Shown here: piece by piece, positions 44,985-54,109 of the stretch | Layout of the letters: every line of letters begins with the position of its first letter | Numbering within the stretch: position 1 is the stretch's first letter | The notes under the pieces: generated by a model | What the model was told of the DNA's origin: nothing | Databases searched by the model: none | Seen by the model: the letters and a program-made list of their open reading frames with translations, nothing else | Virus record (IMG/VR): IMGVR_UViG_3300037191_001062 | Coordinates: 1-56,090 of that record | Source: a virus | Lineage: Duplodnaviria; Caudoviricetes | Direction: 5' to 3' (one strand) | Length of the DNA stretch: 56,090 nt | Made by a program: the position numbers and the translations under genes

Positions 44985-45224
44985 ATGCAGAATTTTAATG
45001 AGTGCGAAATCGTTGACGATTTGATAGATCAATATGGTTTATCTTGTAGTGATAATAAGCGCACTGTTTTTGCGAAAGCATATGAGTACTTTTATAACTA
45101 TTTTAGATCAATTCAAGAAGAATGTGTGTCGCTCGCTATGGAATCTGCTAACATAACAGCTAGCGATTCAGAACAATTTAATAAAATTTATAATGAAATA
45201 CAGGAGAGAAACTATGGATCGTAA
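44985..45224 (+). CDS. hypothetical protein
   Basis: AGGA RBS. Confidence 0.7.
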   Translation: MQNFNECEIVDDLIDQYGLSCSDNKRTVFAKAYEYFYNYFRSIQEECVSLAMESANITASDSEQFNKIYNEIQERNYGS

Positions 45225-45510
45225 TACAATTCTTAATATGCTACGCAGCAACGCGGTTAACTTGGAATTCACTAAAGTTGATGGCTCAGTTCGTAAGATG
45301 GTTGCAACACTAAATGAATATCTTATTCCGCTCGAACAATTACCAAAAGTTGTAGTTGCTGATAAATCTGAGCATGTTAAGCCGGTAAAAGCAAAAAATC
45401 TCGAAGTTGTTCGTTGCTTCGATTTACAAGCACAAGCTTGGCGCTCGTTTAAAATCTCGTCTCTAATAAAGGAGTTGAGCATAAACGAAGATGCTTGTGC
45501 TGTAGATTGA
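45214..45510 (+). CDS. WYL_2/SH3-like conserved T4-like protein
   Basis: EFTKVDGSVRKM.ATL, FDL..QAWRSFK; AGGAG RBS. Confidence 0.8.
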   Translation: MDRNTILNMLRSNAVNLEFTKVDGSVRKMVATLNEYLIPLEQLPKVVVADKSEHVKPVKAKNLEVVRCFDLQAQAWRSFKISSLIKELSINEDACAVD

Positions 45511-45525
45511 TTCTGGAAATATTGA

Positions 45526-45744
45526 ATGACTATTGAAGTACTACAGGAAATTACTGATTGGGGTTTCGCTGGCGCCCCATCATTAAATCAACACAATGGT
45601 GTATATTGGGTTGATAAAAAACATGGATTGGTTGCTTATCAACCGCCAGGTGGCAAAAAAGTTACGTACGAAAAACCAATGCGAAACTTTTCAAAAACTA
45701 GACGAAAATTCAAAAAAATAGGAGAAGAAGATTGTTTAAAGTAA
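45526..45744 (+). CDS. hypothetical protein
   Basis: LQEITDW...F.KTRRKF pattern. Confidence 0.7.
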   Translation: MTIEVLQEITDWGFAGAPSLNQHNGVYWVDKKHGLVAYQPPGGKKVTYEKPMRNFSKTRRKFKKIGEEDCLK

Positions 45745-46028
45745 ACGAAATATTAACAATAATGACGACAAATGGTGAATTCGTTGGAAAATTACTCAGA
45801 GAAGGCTCGGGTTCTGTAACTTTATCAGACCCACGTATGGTAGTTGCGTCTGATAAAGGCATGGGCTTTGCGAATGGTATTGCTATGACTAGCGACCAAG
45901 ATCCAAAAGATGCGACTTTCTATAACATAATTTTTATCACGAGAACTAATAGTGAAGTTGTATCTGCTTGGATTGAATGCACCTCGTTGATTGCCATGCC
46001 AAATAAAGGCGTATTCACAGGAGTTTAA
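45732..46028 (+). CDS. Sm-like conserved hypothetical protein
   Basis: GEFVGKL...L.DPRMV....GMGFA.GI. Confidence 0.7.
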   Translation: MFKVNEILTIMTTNGEFVGKLLREGSGSVTLSDPRMVVASDKGMGFANGIAMTSDQDPKDATFYNIIFITRTNSEVVSAWIECTSLIAMPNKGVFTGV

Positions 46029-46029
46029 T

Positions 46030-46263
46030 ATGAGTATGAAAAAAGCGCTTAAAGAATCGTTCGTTGATACTGGCGTAGGCATAGTAATTAACACACCTTT
46101 AAACTTTGCGCTTATTTCTATAGCTTTTTCTCTTGAGCTTTCTGCATTTGAGACAAGTATGTTATTAACTGCATTCTTTACATTTTTTGCTATAATTCGA
46201 AAGACTGGTACAAGAATGTATTTTAGCAAAAAAGATGAACAGGAAAAAAATAATGAAAATTGA
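46030..46263 (+). CDS. two-TM membrane protein
   Basis: AGGAG RBS; ALKESFVDT.VG. Confidence 0.7.
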   Translation: MSMKKALKESFVDTGVGIVINTPLNFALISIAFSLELSAFETSMLLTAFFTFFAIIRKTGTRMYFSKKDEQEKNNEN

Positions 46264-46504
46264 AATAAATGACGAAATTGTAGATCAGATTATTGTTGAA
46301 GGGTTAGTTAACGCAATGGATAATTTAAAACAAGCTATTGATGATCTCTCATGTGCTAAAAGCGGGGATGACAAACGAGTAATACCATATTACGATAACG
46401 ATCCAGTAATAGATGCTCGATATATTCAAGAAGATATTGAATCAATTCGTAAAGTGCTCGATTTTTATGGTGCTTTGCCACCATCTCGTAATGCCAAAGC
46501 GTAA
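46235..46504 (+). CDS. hypothetical protein
   Basis: likely start at the internal MKIEIND after AGGA. Confidence 0.65.
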   Translation: MNRKKIMKIEINDEIVDQIIVEGLVNAMDNLKQAIDDLSCAKSGDDKRVIPYYDNDPVIDARYIQEDIESIRKVLDFYGALPPSRNAKA

Positions 46505-46715
46505 AGCCAACGAACAATCTATCGAATTTCTGCAGTATGAAATAGAGAGATTAAAAAAAGAGAATTCTAAAACTTGGCACGAGAATCAATCACTTACAGA
46601 AAAGATAAACACTTATCATGAAATAATATCTTCTCTCATAAATGATCAGTCGTTCTGGTCAGAAAAAAGTTTAAAAACTGGTCTTATTGACCGGTTAAAA
46701 ACTTTAATTAAATAA
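46413..46715 (+). CDS. hypothetical coiled-coil protein
   Basis: likely start at the internal MPKRK. Confidence 0.5.
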   Translation: MLDIFKKILNQFVKCSIFMVLCHHLVMPKRKANEQSIEFLQYEIERLKKENSKTWHENQSLTEKINTYHEIISSLINDQSFWSEKSLKTGLIDRLKTLIK

Positions 46716-46724
46716 GGAAACAAA

Positions 46725-47864
46725 ATGGATTTAAGAATAGCTGAAATCTTAATAAAAGAGTGTAATCGACAAGACAAAACTCTTGAATTAATCGCCAGTG
46801 AAAATTTTGCAAGTGAATCTGTAATGACGCTGTGCGGCAGCGAGTTTACAAATAAGTATGCCGAAGGTTACCCAGGAAAACGCTATTACAACGGCTGTGA
46901 TTATGCTGATTCTATTGAGCAATTAGCAATTGATACTGTTACTAAATTGTTTAAATGTAATTATGCAAACGTCCAACCGCATAGTGGTGCAAATGCAAAC
47001 CTTGCAGTATTTAAAGCCTTTCTAAAACCAGGAGATAGAATCTTGGGTATGGACTTAGCCAGCGGTGGACATTTGAGTCATGGTGCTGGGGTTAACATAT
47101 CTGGTGCTTGGTTTAATGCCGAGTCTTACGGTGTCGATAAAAATGGTCTATTAGATTATGGAGAAGTATTAGAGAAAGCTGAATTATATAGACCTAAAAT
47201 AATTATTGCAGGTGGCTCTGCGTATCCAAGACAAATTGATTGGAAAAAGTTTAGAGAAATCGCAGATTCAGTTGGTGCAATCTTATTAGTCGATATGGCA
47301 CATTATGCAGGTTTGATTGCAGGTGGAGCATATGATAGCCCATTACGGTATGCCGACGTAGTAACGAGCACAACACACAAAACACTTCGAGGTCCAAGAG
47401 GTGGTATTATACTATGGAATAATAAAGATTATTCGCGCAAGATTAACAGTGCGATATTCCCTGGTACCCAAGGTGGACCATTGATGCACATCATAGCTGC
47501 GAAGGCTCAATGTTTTGTTGAAGCAAGTGAAGATTCGTTCGGAGAGTATACAAAGTCTGTAGTTGAAAACGCAAAAACAATGTGTCAAGTATTTAACGAA
47601 CACGGATATAATGTTCAGACAAACGGCACCGACAGTCATATAATTTTACTTAATCTTTCCGGTCACAAACACAGTGGTCGCGAAGCAGCAGATTTATTAG
47701 AAAAAAATGGAATTACAGTGAATAAAAATGGTGTACCAAACGACGATAGATCCTTTGCTGAGACAAGTGGAATAAGAATTGGAACTGCTGCAGAAACAAC
47801 ACGTGGCCACAACACAGAATCGTTCAAAAAAATTGCGAAACAAATCGTAAAGATTCTAAGCTAA
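46725..47864 (+). CDS. glyA: serine hydroxymethyltransferase
   Basis: LIASEN, NKYAEGYPGKRYY, QPHSG, GGHLSHG, DMAH, TTHKTLRGPRGG (PLP Lys), SGIRIGT. Confidence 0.97.
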   Translation: MDLRIAEILIKECNRQDKTLELIASENFASESVMTLCGSEFTNKYAEGYPGKRYYNGCDYADSIEQLAIDTVTKLFKCNYANVQPHSGANANLAVFKAFLKPGDRILGMDLASGGHLSHGAGVNISGAWFNAESYGVDKNGLLDYGEVLEKAELYRPKIIIAGGSAYPRQIDWKKFREIADSVGAILLVDMAHYAGLIAGGAYDSPLRYADVVTSTTHKTLRGPRGGIILWNNKDYSRKINSAIFPGTQGGPLMHIIAAKAQCFVEASEDSFGEYTKSVVENAKTMCQVFNEHGYNVQTNGTDSHIILLNLSGHKHSGREAADLLEKNGITVNKNGVPNDDRSFAETSGIRIGTAAETTRGHNTESFKKIAKQIVKILS

Positions 47865-47923
47865 ATAAACTTATGTAAATCGACAGACAAACAAATAAAA
47901 GTAAATCAATATTGTATCATATA

Positions 47924-47947
47924 AACGGCTGCTATTCGGTAGCCGTT
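47924..47947 (+). terminator. hairpin after glyA
   Basis: aacggctgc-tattcg-gtagccgtt. Confidence 0.55.
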
Positions 47948-48016
47948 CTCACCCCCTTATTATAAAAACCCAATTTCCTATTCTTTTTTGATCTAATCAA
48001 CACTGTTCAAAATCTG

Positions 48017-48044
48017 TTGACATTTGCAGTGAGTGTGATACAAT
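48017..48044 (+). promoter_or_regulatory. sigma70-type early promoter
   Basis: TTGACA-16-TACAAT plus aataaaggaaggaattaa leader. Confidence 0.75.
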
Positions 48045-48075
48045 AATCATATAAAATAAAGGAAGGAATTAAGTT

Positions 48076-48399
48076 ATGGGTATTATAGTTCAAGTATTAA
48101 GAAACAGTCTCGGTGATAGCACAGCAGATGGCGTATCAAAATTTCAAGACCAGTTTGTTGTAGGAAACACTGAAGGGCCCTTCAGTGCTACTGGTTCTGA
48201 AGAAACACTCTATTTAAAAGTTTCTTATAGAAACACAATCAAATTAGTTACTCAACGAGAAATTGACACTGGTGAAACAGCGATGGCTGGCGGTAATTTT
48301 GCTTCATCTTCTGATTCAAGATTCAAAAGAGCAATTGAAGAATTAACTGGGCAACGTTTTTATGGTGCAGTTGCTATTCACGATAGATATGAAAACTAA
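48076..48399 (+). CDS. conserved phage hypothetical protein
   Basis: MAGGNFA.SSDSRF...GAVAIHDR.E. Confidence 0.8.
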   Translation: MGIIVQVLRNSLGDSTADGVSKFQDQFVVGNTEGPFSATGSEETLYLKVSYRNTIKLVTQREIDTGETAMAGGNFASSSDSRFKRAIEELTGQRFYGAVAIHDRYEN

Positions 48400-48411
48400 T
48401 AAAATTAATCA

Positions 48412-48440
48412 TTGACATTGATATTTAACTGTGGTATAAT
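48412..48440 (+). promoter_or_regulatory. sigma70-type early promoter
   Basis: TTGACA-17-TATAAT. Confidence 0.85.
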
Positions 48441-48476
48441 AGATGTATCATCGTTAATATCAATAGGAATTAAATT

Positions 48477-48737
48477 ATGCTTAAAGTAATGAAGACACCA
48501 TGTAATCAATGCTTATTCACTAACAATAAGATTGTTAGTGATGAAAGAAGAATGAAAATTTTACAAGAAATAACAAGTAATCAACAGTTCTTTAATTGTC
48601 ATAATGCAACCATGGCTGGTACAGACCATTGCTGTAAAAATTTCTACGATAAATTAGGTTATACGTCGCAAACAATACGCACTGCTCAACGTTTGGATTT
48701 AGTTGAGTTTTCGTTACCTAAACAAATTTCAGAGTGA
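48477..48737 (+). CDS. Cys-rich putative Zn-binding protein
   Basis: PCNQCLF...FNCH...HCC. Confidence 0.75.
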   Translation: MLKVMKTPCNQCLFTNNKIVSDERRMKILQEITSNQQFFNCHNATMAGTDHCCKNFYDKLGYTSQTIRTAQRLDLVEFSLPKQISE

Positions 48738-48916
48738 ACATAATGCAAGTAACTGAGATTAAAGTATTAAAGTCTAACGCAGGGTTTTACATAGGTAGAG
48801 AGTGTTTAGATGATGATATGTGTGTTTACATACCGTATGAGAGATTAAGTGGTTACTATCCCACTAAAGACTCTGCGAATATTGCATTAAACAAAGACAA
48901 TTACTTCCGACCTTAA
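48734..48916 (+). CDS. hypothetical protein
   Basis: VLKSNAGFYIG...PY.RLS.YY motif. Confidence 0.7.
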   Translation: MNIMQVTEIKVLKSNAGFYIGRECLDDDMCVYIPYERLSGYYPTKDSANIALNKDNYFRP

Positions 48917-48938
48917 ACCAACAATACAGGATTAAATA

Positions 48939-49145
48939 ATGTTTAATAATAAGTTTAATATTAAATCGTTTATCATGTGTGCTTCAGACACTGATATCTC
49001 CAACACGATATGTAGGATAATAATAAATTACTATGTTGGCGAAACTAGTCAAACAGAATTAAAATTAGCAATTGCTGAATTTTATTGTTCAGGTATTAAT
49101 AAAGAATATCTTAGTAAATCAGTAGAAATCTTAGAAGGATTATAA
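48939..49145 (+). CDS. hypothetical protein
   Basis: AGGA RBS. Confidence 0.6.
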   Translation: MFNNKFNIKSFIMCASDTDISNTICRIIINYYVGETSQTELKLAIAEFYCSGINKEYLSKSVEILEGL

Positions 49146-49366
49146 TGTCACATCCAAAAATAGCTTATCAATTACACCCAGATCATAATTACATTCATGT
49201 TGTAGAAACTAGTCAAACAACACACAAATCTAATGACAAAATGCGTGTAGTAACTGAAGACTATGAAGCACCATACACTTGGAACTTTGTTCATGAAAGT
49301 ACTCCAATTGGAGTGCACTCTATAGACAATCTTGACGTCGAATTATTCTCAAACTCAACATGGTAA
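49145..49366 (+). CDS. hypothetical protein
   Basis: TAATG coupling. Confidence 0.65.
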   Translation: MSHPKIAYQLHPDHNYIHVVETSQTTHKSNDKMRVVTEDYEAPYTWNFVHESTPIGVHSIDNLDVELFSNSTW

Positions 49367-49373
49367 ATTTTTG

Positions 49374-49435
49374 TTGACATTTTGCTCTAATAATATTATA
49401 ATAGTTACATAAATTGATAAAGGAATTAAATTATG
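49374..49435 (+). promoter_or_regulatory. full promoter-leader-RBS cassette
   Basis: TTGACA-17-TATAATAGTTACATAAATTGATAAAGGAATTAAATTATG. Confidence 0.9.
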
Positions 49436-49666
49436 TATATTTTTCTTAAAAAAGACATTAACGATATAGCAGCAGTTGTTGAAGATAACGTAGAATTCTT
49501 CTTTGGTAATTCAAATGAGATTGGATCTTCCGATGTAAGTAGTTGCGTAAGAGCTATATGTAGCGAATTAACTAGTGTATCATTTGACGTTTTGTCTGAC
49601 ATTGAAGTTTCGATGATACGTTGTTCAGTAAATAACAAAATAAGCGAGCTGTACGACAATGGATAA
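49433..49666 (+). CDS. hypothetical protein
   Basis: starts at the cassette ATG. Confidence 0.75.
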   Translation: MYIFLKKDINDIAAVVEDNVEFFFGNSNEIGSSDVSSCVRAICSELTSVSFDVLSDIEVSMIRCSVNNKISELYDNG

Positions 49667-50099
49667 TGTTACTATCAGCGATGTACCGAGTGACGATATA
49701 AAAGCATACATATATCGAGTATGTAAAAATCTAGGTATAGAAACATACGCTGGTTTTGTTGACATAGAATTTTTAAAGGATGCCGGCTTTGGTGGAACTG
49801 CATATTGTGATGGCGATGAAGATCTTACTAATATCACAATAGGTCAATACTTTGAAGGCTTACCACTAGAAACCAATCAGATAATGATTAATGTTGCGCA
49901 TGAACTAGTTCATGCGCAACAAATGCTATCTGGTCGTTTACTTAATAGTGGATTTCAAATTGACAAAGAATCACCATCCGGTTTAAAAAATGTTTATAAA
50001 TTTGAAAACAGAGATTATGTTAACATACCCTATATGGAGCAACCGTGGGAAATAGAAGCATATGGTTTAGAAAAAATAATATTCGAGGAGTGCAAATGA
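49659..50099 (+). CDS. putative zinc metallopeptidase
   Basis: AHELVHAQQ (HExxH), Y.EQPWEIEAY. Confidence 0.8.
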   Translation: MDNVTISDVPSDDIKAYIYRVCKNLGIETYAGFVDIEFLKDAGFGGTAYCDGDEDLTNITIGQYFEGLPLETNQIMINVAHELVHAQQMLSGRLLNSGFQIDKESPSGLKNVYKFENRDYVNIPYMEQPWEIEAYGLEKIIFEECK

Positions 50100-50329
50100 A
50101 AGCGCGCGACAAATCATACTATGACGAAATGATAGCAGAATATAACATAGAATATAAAATATACACTCGAAAAGGAAATGACTTCTTCGAAGCATATACG
50201 GCATATTTACCAGACATTATTGAATTCGGAAATAGTAAACAAGAATCACTAGAACTTATTTGTGATAGTATAGAAACTACTAAAAGTTTCTGGTACGATA
50301 AATTTATACACAGGAGTGAAAAAAAATGA
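50096..50329 (+). CDS. HicB-like protein
   Basis: GAGGAG RBS; F.AY...LPDIIEFGNS..ESLE.I.DSI. Confidence 0.55.
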   Translation: MKARDKSYYDEMIAEYNIEYKIYTRKGNDFFEAYTAYLPDIIEFGNSKQESLELICDSIETTKSFWYDKFIHRSEKK

Positions 50330-50580
50330 AGTTAGAAGATTTATTTTTATTTTTTATATTGCCATATTTAATAATAATATTGCCATTTACTGTAGGTTCT
50401 TTGTTTTCAAAACGAATTGCAGACATTGCTTTTATTAAAAACATAGTTGAATTAATTGTTGTAACAATTGTTGCTTTCATACCATTCCTTAATACAGTAA
50501 TCGTTATTATGGTGATATGCATGCATATCAATATTAAAGAATTTATTAATCGTTTTTTGCCAGAACATCTTAAAATATAG
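50326..50580 (+). CDS. membrane protein
   Basis: two TM segments, FIPFLNT. Confidence 0.7.
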   Translation: MKLEDLFLFFILPYLIIILPFTVGSLFSKRIADIAFIKNIVELIVVTIVAFIPFLNTVIVIMVICMHINIKEFINRFLPEHLKI

Positions 50581-50587
50581 GATTAAA

Positions 50588-50890
50588 ATGAAAATTAAAA
50601 TAGAAGAATCGTTTGAAGTTGAAAAAAATACTAGACTATACGAAGTTCTTATTAGACTCTACATGTCTTCTGCAAAAGATCAAGGTAAAATATTTAAGTC
50701 AAAAAGATACTATCGAAGAGAAGAACACAGAAATAGAATCGTTAATAGAGCTCATTCAATAATCAGAAAAATTAATAAAGAACAAGATCTTGGTTGGCTT
50801 CAGTGGGAAATCTCCAAATCTGGTTCTAATAACCTTTTTGATGTTATGGGTGGCAAAAGACAAGAATTCATCGTGAAGAAGAAATTATGA
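50588..50890 (+). CDS. basic hypothetical protein
   Basis: AGGA RBS. Confidence 0.7.
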   Translation: MKIKIEESFEVEKNTRLYEVLIRLYMSSAKDQGKIFKSKRYYRREEHRNRIVNRAHSIIRKINKEQDLGWLQWEISKSGSNNLFDVMGGKRQEFIVKKKL

Positions 50891-51093
50891 AAAAACAATT
50901 AATACCATTTTTAATGCTCACTTATGTATTTTCATTATGTTTATTATCTGTGTTAGCGTTTATTGGAACTAAAGCGGCTTACGATCCTCAATCAACTGCT
51001 AAATGGTTGATTGCAATAATCGTATTTAATATTATCAGCTATGTCTATACAATGATTTGGTCGATTGATATTGCCGAAGAAGATAAAAGTTGA
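50887..51093 (+). CDS. two-TM membrane protein
   Basis: ATGA overlap, hydrophobic helices. Confidence 0.7.
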   Translation: MKKQLIPFLMLTYVFSLCLLSVLAFIGTKAAYDPQSTAKWLIAIIVFNIISYVYTMIWSIDIAEEDKS

Positions 51094-51118
51094 CATTTTT
51101 CTTTTATCATAATATAAT
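51090..51118 (+). promoter_or_regulatory. sigma70-type early promoter
   Basis: TTGACA-17-TATAAT; -35 contains the upstream TGA stop. Confidence 0.85.
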
Positions 51119-51154
51119 GTTTACATAAACTTTATAACAAGTAGGAGTACACGA

Positions 51155-51637
51155 ATGATTTTATATATTCATGGTTATGGTTCTAGCGCTGAAACTGCAA
51201 AGGCTGGATTAGTCAAAGGAATGCAAAGCTATACTATTGACTATGACACAAATACTTTCGAAGACACTTTTAAGTTCTTCGAAAGTATAATCACCAATAA
51301 CGATGTTACTTTAATTGTTGGTCATTCTCTAGGTGGGTACTGGGCACTTAAAATTGGAAACAAATATGAAATCCCAGTGGTTTTAGTTAATCCTTCTCTG
51401 TTCCCTACAGTGATTTCTGGATATCCTCCTTGTACTAATGATGATACAATAAATAAATCTCACAGATTTGCTTATTTAGAAATGGGTGATGAAGTGATAG
51501 ATATGGCAGAAGTTTCAAATTTTTTAGAAGGCACTACTAGCATCTATAAGGTTTGCGGCGGTCATCATAGAATTCAATTTCAAAATAAGTTAAAGGATTT
51601 TATAAATACATGTTTAAACTATACCATAGTTGGATAG
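51155..51637 (+). CDS. YqiA/YcfP-like alpha/beta hydrolase (esterase)
   Basis: LYIHGYGSS, GHSLGG, LVNP, GDEVID, GGHHR. Confidence 0.88.
   Translation: MILYIHGYGSSAETAKAGLVKGMQSYTIDYDTNTFEDTFKFFESIITNNDVTLIVGHSLGGYWALKIGNKYEIPVVLVNPSLFPTVISGYPPCTNDDTINKSHRFAYLEMGDEVIDMAEVSNFLEGTTSIYKVCGGHHRIQFQNKLKDFINTCLNYTIVG
51601..51608 (+). promoter_or_regulatory. T4-type late promoter
   Basis: TATAAATA upstream of internal-protein-like genes. Confidence 0.7.
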
Positions 51638-51672
51638 ACAATTGATTTAAACTTAAAATGGAAACAATACAA

Positions 51673-52039
51673 ATGAGAACTTTCTTGAAATTATATCACA
51701 CAATTTCAAGAAAGTATTTTAGATATATTTAAAAAGAAAGATCAAAAAGTTAAATCAATCGAAGAAGTAGATGCGAAAGATCGCGAATTAATAGCAAAAT
51801 ACTTTAATTCAAATACTACGGAATTCAATGTAGGTGGTTTAAAATATAGAGTTACAGCAAACTACAAACGCAACATGCTTCGTTTTACTAAATCCAATAA
51901 TCAATTAAAAGTTGAAATAATAGTACATCATTCTATCTTAGACAGGGTAAACCCAAAAGGTGTTCCTATTTTTTCGTACGATGTCGTTATTGGTGACGAT
52001 TCAGATTTGTACAATCTCAAAATTAAACTGGATAAATAA
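51673..52039 (+). pseudogene. frameshifted ~121-codon gene, probable internal head protein
   Basis: ATG MRTFL then open +1 frame NYITQFQESILDIFKKK...KLDK, stop abutting the next ATG. Confidence 0.65.
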
Positions 52040-52603
52040 ATGAAAACTTTTAGTAATTACATCTCAGAACGTTTCGTTAACGTTTTTAAACCTAACGAAA
52101 AACAACCACATGCACAAGAAGTATTCGACATGATACAAACATCATATGCATCTATTGGCGGCATGAAAGGAAGTGGGTTTAATTCTCCAGAAGACATGAT
52201 TGCAAAAATACCATTCTGGAAACTAGTACGTAAAGATAATAAGATTGTTGCTGGTTCTATGTACAAAGATAAATCAGGTAGAAAGCGTGTTGCAGTATTC
52301 ACAAATGGTGAAACTAACGGTAAAGCTGGTCTTGCAATGATCATGAAAGAAGATTTTGCTCGAGCATATTTCGAAGTATCAAAAGCATCTTTAGGATTCA
52401 TGGTTAAAACTCTTGGTGTTTCGTTTGTTAAGAAGTATGCAAAAACTCTTGATCAAGTTGCTGATCGATTAGACGACGATGTTGAATTATTACCAGTTCC
52501 CAAGGACGATCTTCATCTATCTAAGTTTCCAGAATTGAAAGACTTTTTCTACCAAAGAGAACTTGGTGGCACAAACCACACTAAAATCATGTTAGGAAAA
52601 TAG
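52040..52603 (+). CDS. conserved protein, probable internal head protein
   Basis: MKTFSNYISE N-terminus; SYASIGGMKGSGF.S..DMI..IPFWKL, YKDKSGRKRVA. Confidence 0.8.
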   Translation: MKTFSNYISERFVNVFKPNEKQPHAQEVFDMIQTSYASIGGMKGSGFNSPEDMIAKIPFWKLVRKDNKIVAGSMYKDKSGRKRVAVFTNGETNGKAGLAMIMKEDFARAYFEVSKASLGFMVKTLGVSFVKKYAKTLDQVADRLDDDVELLPVPKDDLHLSKFPELKDFFYQRELGGTNHTKIMLGK

Positions 52604-52674
52604 ATAGAAAATACGTTATGATACTGTGCGCACTACTCTTATGTTGACTCGTAATACTTATTATAAAATAATAG

Positions 52675-52703
52675 TTGACATTTGGTAGCGACTGTTGTAT
52701 AAT
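52675..52703 (+). promoter_or_regulatory. sigma70-type early promoter
   Basis: TTGACA-17-TATAAT. Confidence 0.85.
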
Positions 52704-52734
52704 AATTATATAAACTGATAATGGAATTAAATTC

Positions 52735-53034
52735 GTGATCTCAATAGACAACAAAATCAAAAATATTAAAGAGTCAATTAAAAATCTTGAAGAATTTACA
52801 AAGAAGATAACAGCGTTCATAAATTGTTTATTTGTAGATGAATGGGAACAATCAGATCGCGACAAACTTATTGAAAATATAAAGCGAAAGCAAGAATCTC
52901 TTGAAAAATACGGTGGTAAAGTGTCTGGCTGGGGTACCACTAAAACAAAATTTAAAACAAAAACTGGTGACAGGGACTGCTATAAAAACGTAAGAAGTTC
53001 TTTCAATAGAGATATCAAAAATGACAAGTTCTGA
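52735..53034 (+). CDS. hypothetical protein
   Basis: GTG start after cassette-like leader. Confidence 0.6.
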   Translation: MISIDNKIKNIKESIKNLEEFTKKITAFINCLFVDEWEQSDRDKLIENIKRKQESLEKYGGKVSGWGTTKTKFKTKTGDRDCYKNVRSSFNRDIKNDKF

Positions 53035-53293
53035 ATATCGTTCAAAATGTAATTGCGGCCGTGAAGGAAAGTTTTCAGTAAGCACTGAAGACCTCAGTCA
53101 AATGTCTTGTAACAAATATGCCCAGTGTCCAACATACGAAGAACTAGAGAAGAACTCTGGAGAATTGTTTAAAGATTTAATGAGATTACTAGATGCGTTT
53201 TGTGATCAGTCTAATTACAAAGAAGGATCTGAATATAGTAATCGTTCTCTTGTAATATTCGAAGATCTGAAAAAAAAATACTTACTTGATTAA
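53021..53293 (+). CDS. Cys-containing hypothetical protein
   Basis: CNCG...SCNKY..CPTY. Confidence 0.7.
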   Translation: MTSSEYRSKCNCGREGKFSVSTEDLSQMSCNKYAQCPTYEELEKNSGELFKDLMRLLDAFCDQSNYKEGSEYSNRSLVIFEDLKKKYLLD

Positions 53294-53335
53294 AAGTATT
53301 TAAATTATGACTTATTATATAGTTACAAACAATCG

Positions 53336-53397
53336 TTGACATTTCGCTTTGATTTTATTATAATAGTTACATAAATTGATAAAGGAATTAAATTATG
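53336..53397 (+). promoter_or_regulatory. full promoter-leader-RBS cassette
   Basis: TTGACA-17-identical 39-mer ending in ATG. Confidence 0.9.
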
Positions 53398-53664
53398 TAC
53401 TCAGCAAATGCTTCAAAAATCACATCTAATTCTAAGATGTTTAAAATTCTTCAGCTAATTATTCTTAACAATGGCGCAACAAAATACGAATGTATTACTA
53501 CAGCATTAGGCGTTGTAGGTTCGAATCAAAAACTTAGAGGTTATTACTCTTGTACTTTCCGTGGTTTAGTTAATGCTGGTGTTTTATGCCAATCAAAAAC
53601 AAGCTATAAATATTATATTACTGCTGACGGTATCAGCAAATATGTTGAGGCAGCAAATAGATGA
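53395..53664 (+). CDS. putative winged-helix DNA-binding protein
   Basis: IL..I..NNGATKYE...LVNAGVL....KYYIT.DG pattern. Confidence 0.65.
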   Translation: MYSANASKITSNSKMFKILQLIILNNGATKYECITTALGVVGSNQKLRGYYSCTFRGLVNAGVLCQSKTSYKYYITADGISKYVEAANR

Positions 53665-53864
53665 AAACTGTTGAGAAAATTGAAGTAAGTTTATCTGGTC
53701 CTGAAGGAAATGCCTTTTCGTTATTAGCGCTAGCTAAAAAACTATCTAGTGACTCCTTTTACAATTATGAAGCTATAGTTGATCTCATGAAATCAGGCGA
53801 CTATGATAATCTAATCAAAGTGTTTAAGTTATACTTTGGTGATCGCGTAATTTGTATTGATTAA
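53661..53864 (+). CDS. conserved phage hypothetical protein
   Basis: L.GPEGNAF.LL, M.SGDYDNLI.VF..YFG. Confidence 0.8.
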   Translation: MKTVEKIEVSLSGPEGNAFSLLALAKKLSSDSFYNYEAIVDLMKSGDYDNLIKVFKLYFGDRVICID

Positions 53865-53876
53865 ATTCACAATATT

Positions 53877-54089
53877 TTGGAGAAAGGTATCAAAACTTTT
53901 TATATTATTGGATTGAGTGATAACGAAATTTTAACATCAAAATTACAATATACTAACGATGTTAACAAAGCAAAAATATTTAAAACGTTTAACGACGCTA
54001 TTGATTTTGAAGAAGTTCAAGGCGATAAAATCGAAGGTTTAACTGATATATATAAAGTTGTCGGTTTAAAATTCACAAAGCAAACCTAA
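53877..54089 (+). CDS. hypothetical protein
   Basis: ORF in operon, TTG start uncertain. Confidence 0.55.
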   Translation: MEKGIKTFYIIGLSDNEILTSKLQYTNDVNKAKIFKTFNDAIDFEEVQGDKIEGLTDIYKVVGLKFTKQT

Positions 54090-54109
54090 CTACATACAGG
54101 ATGTAAATT

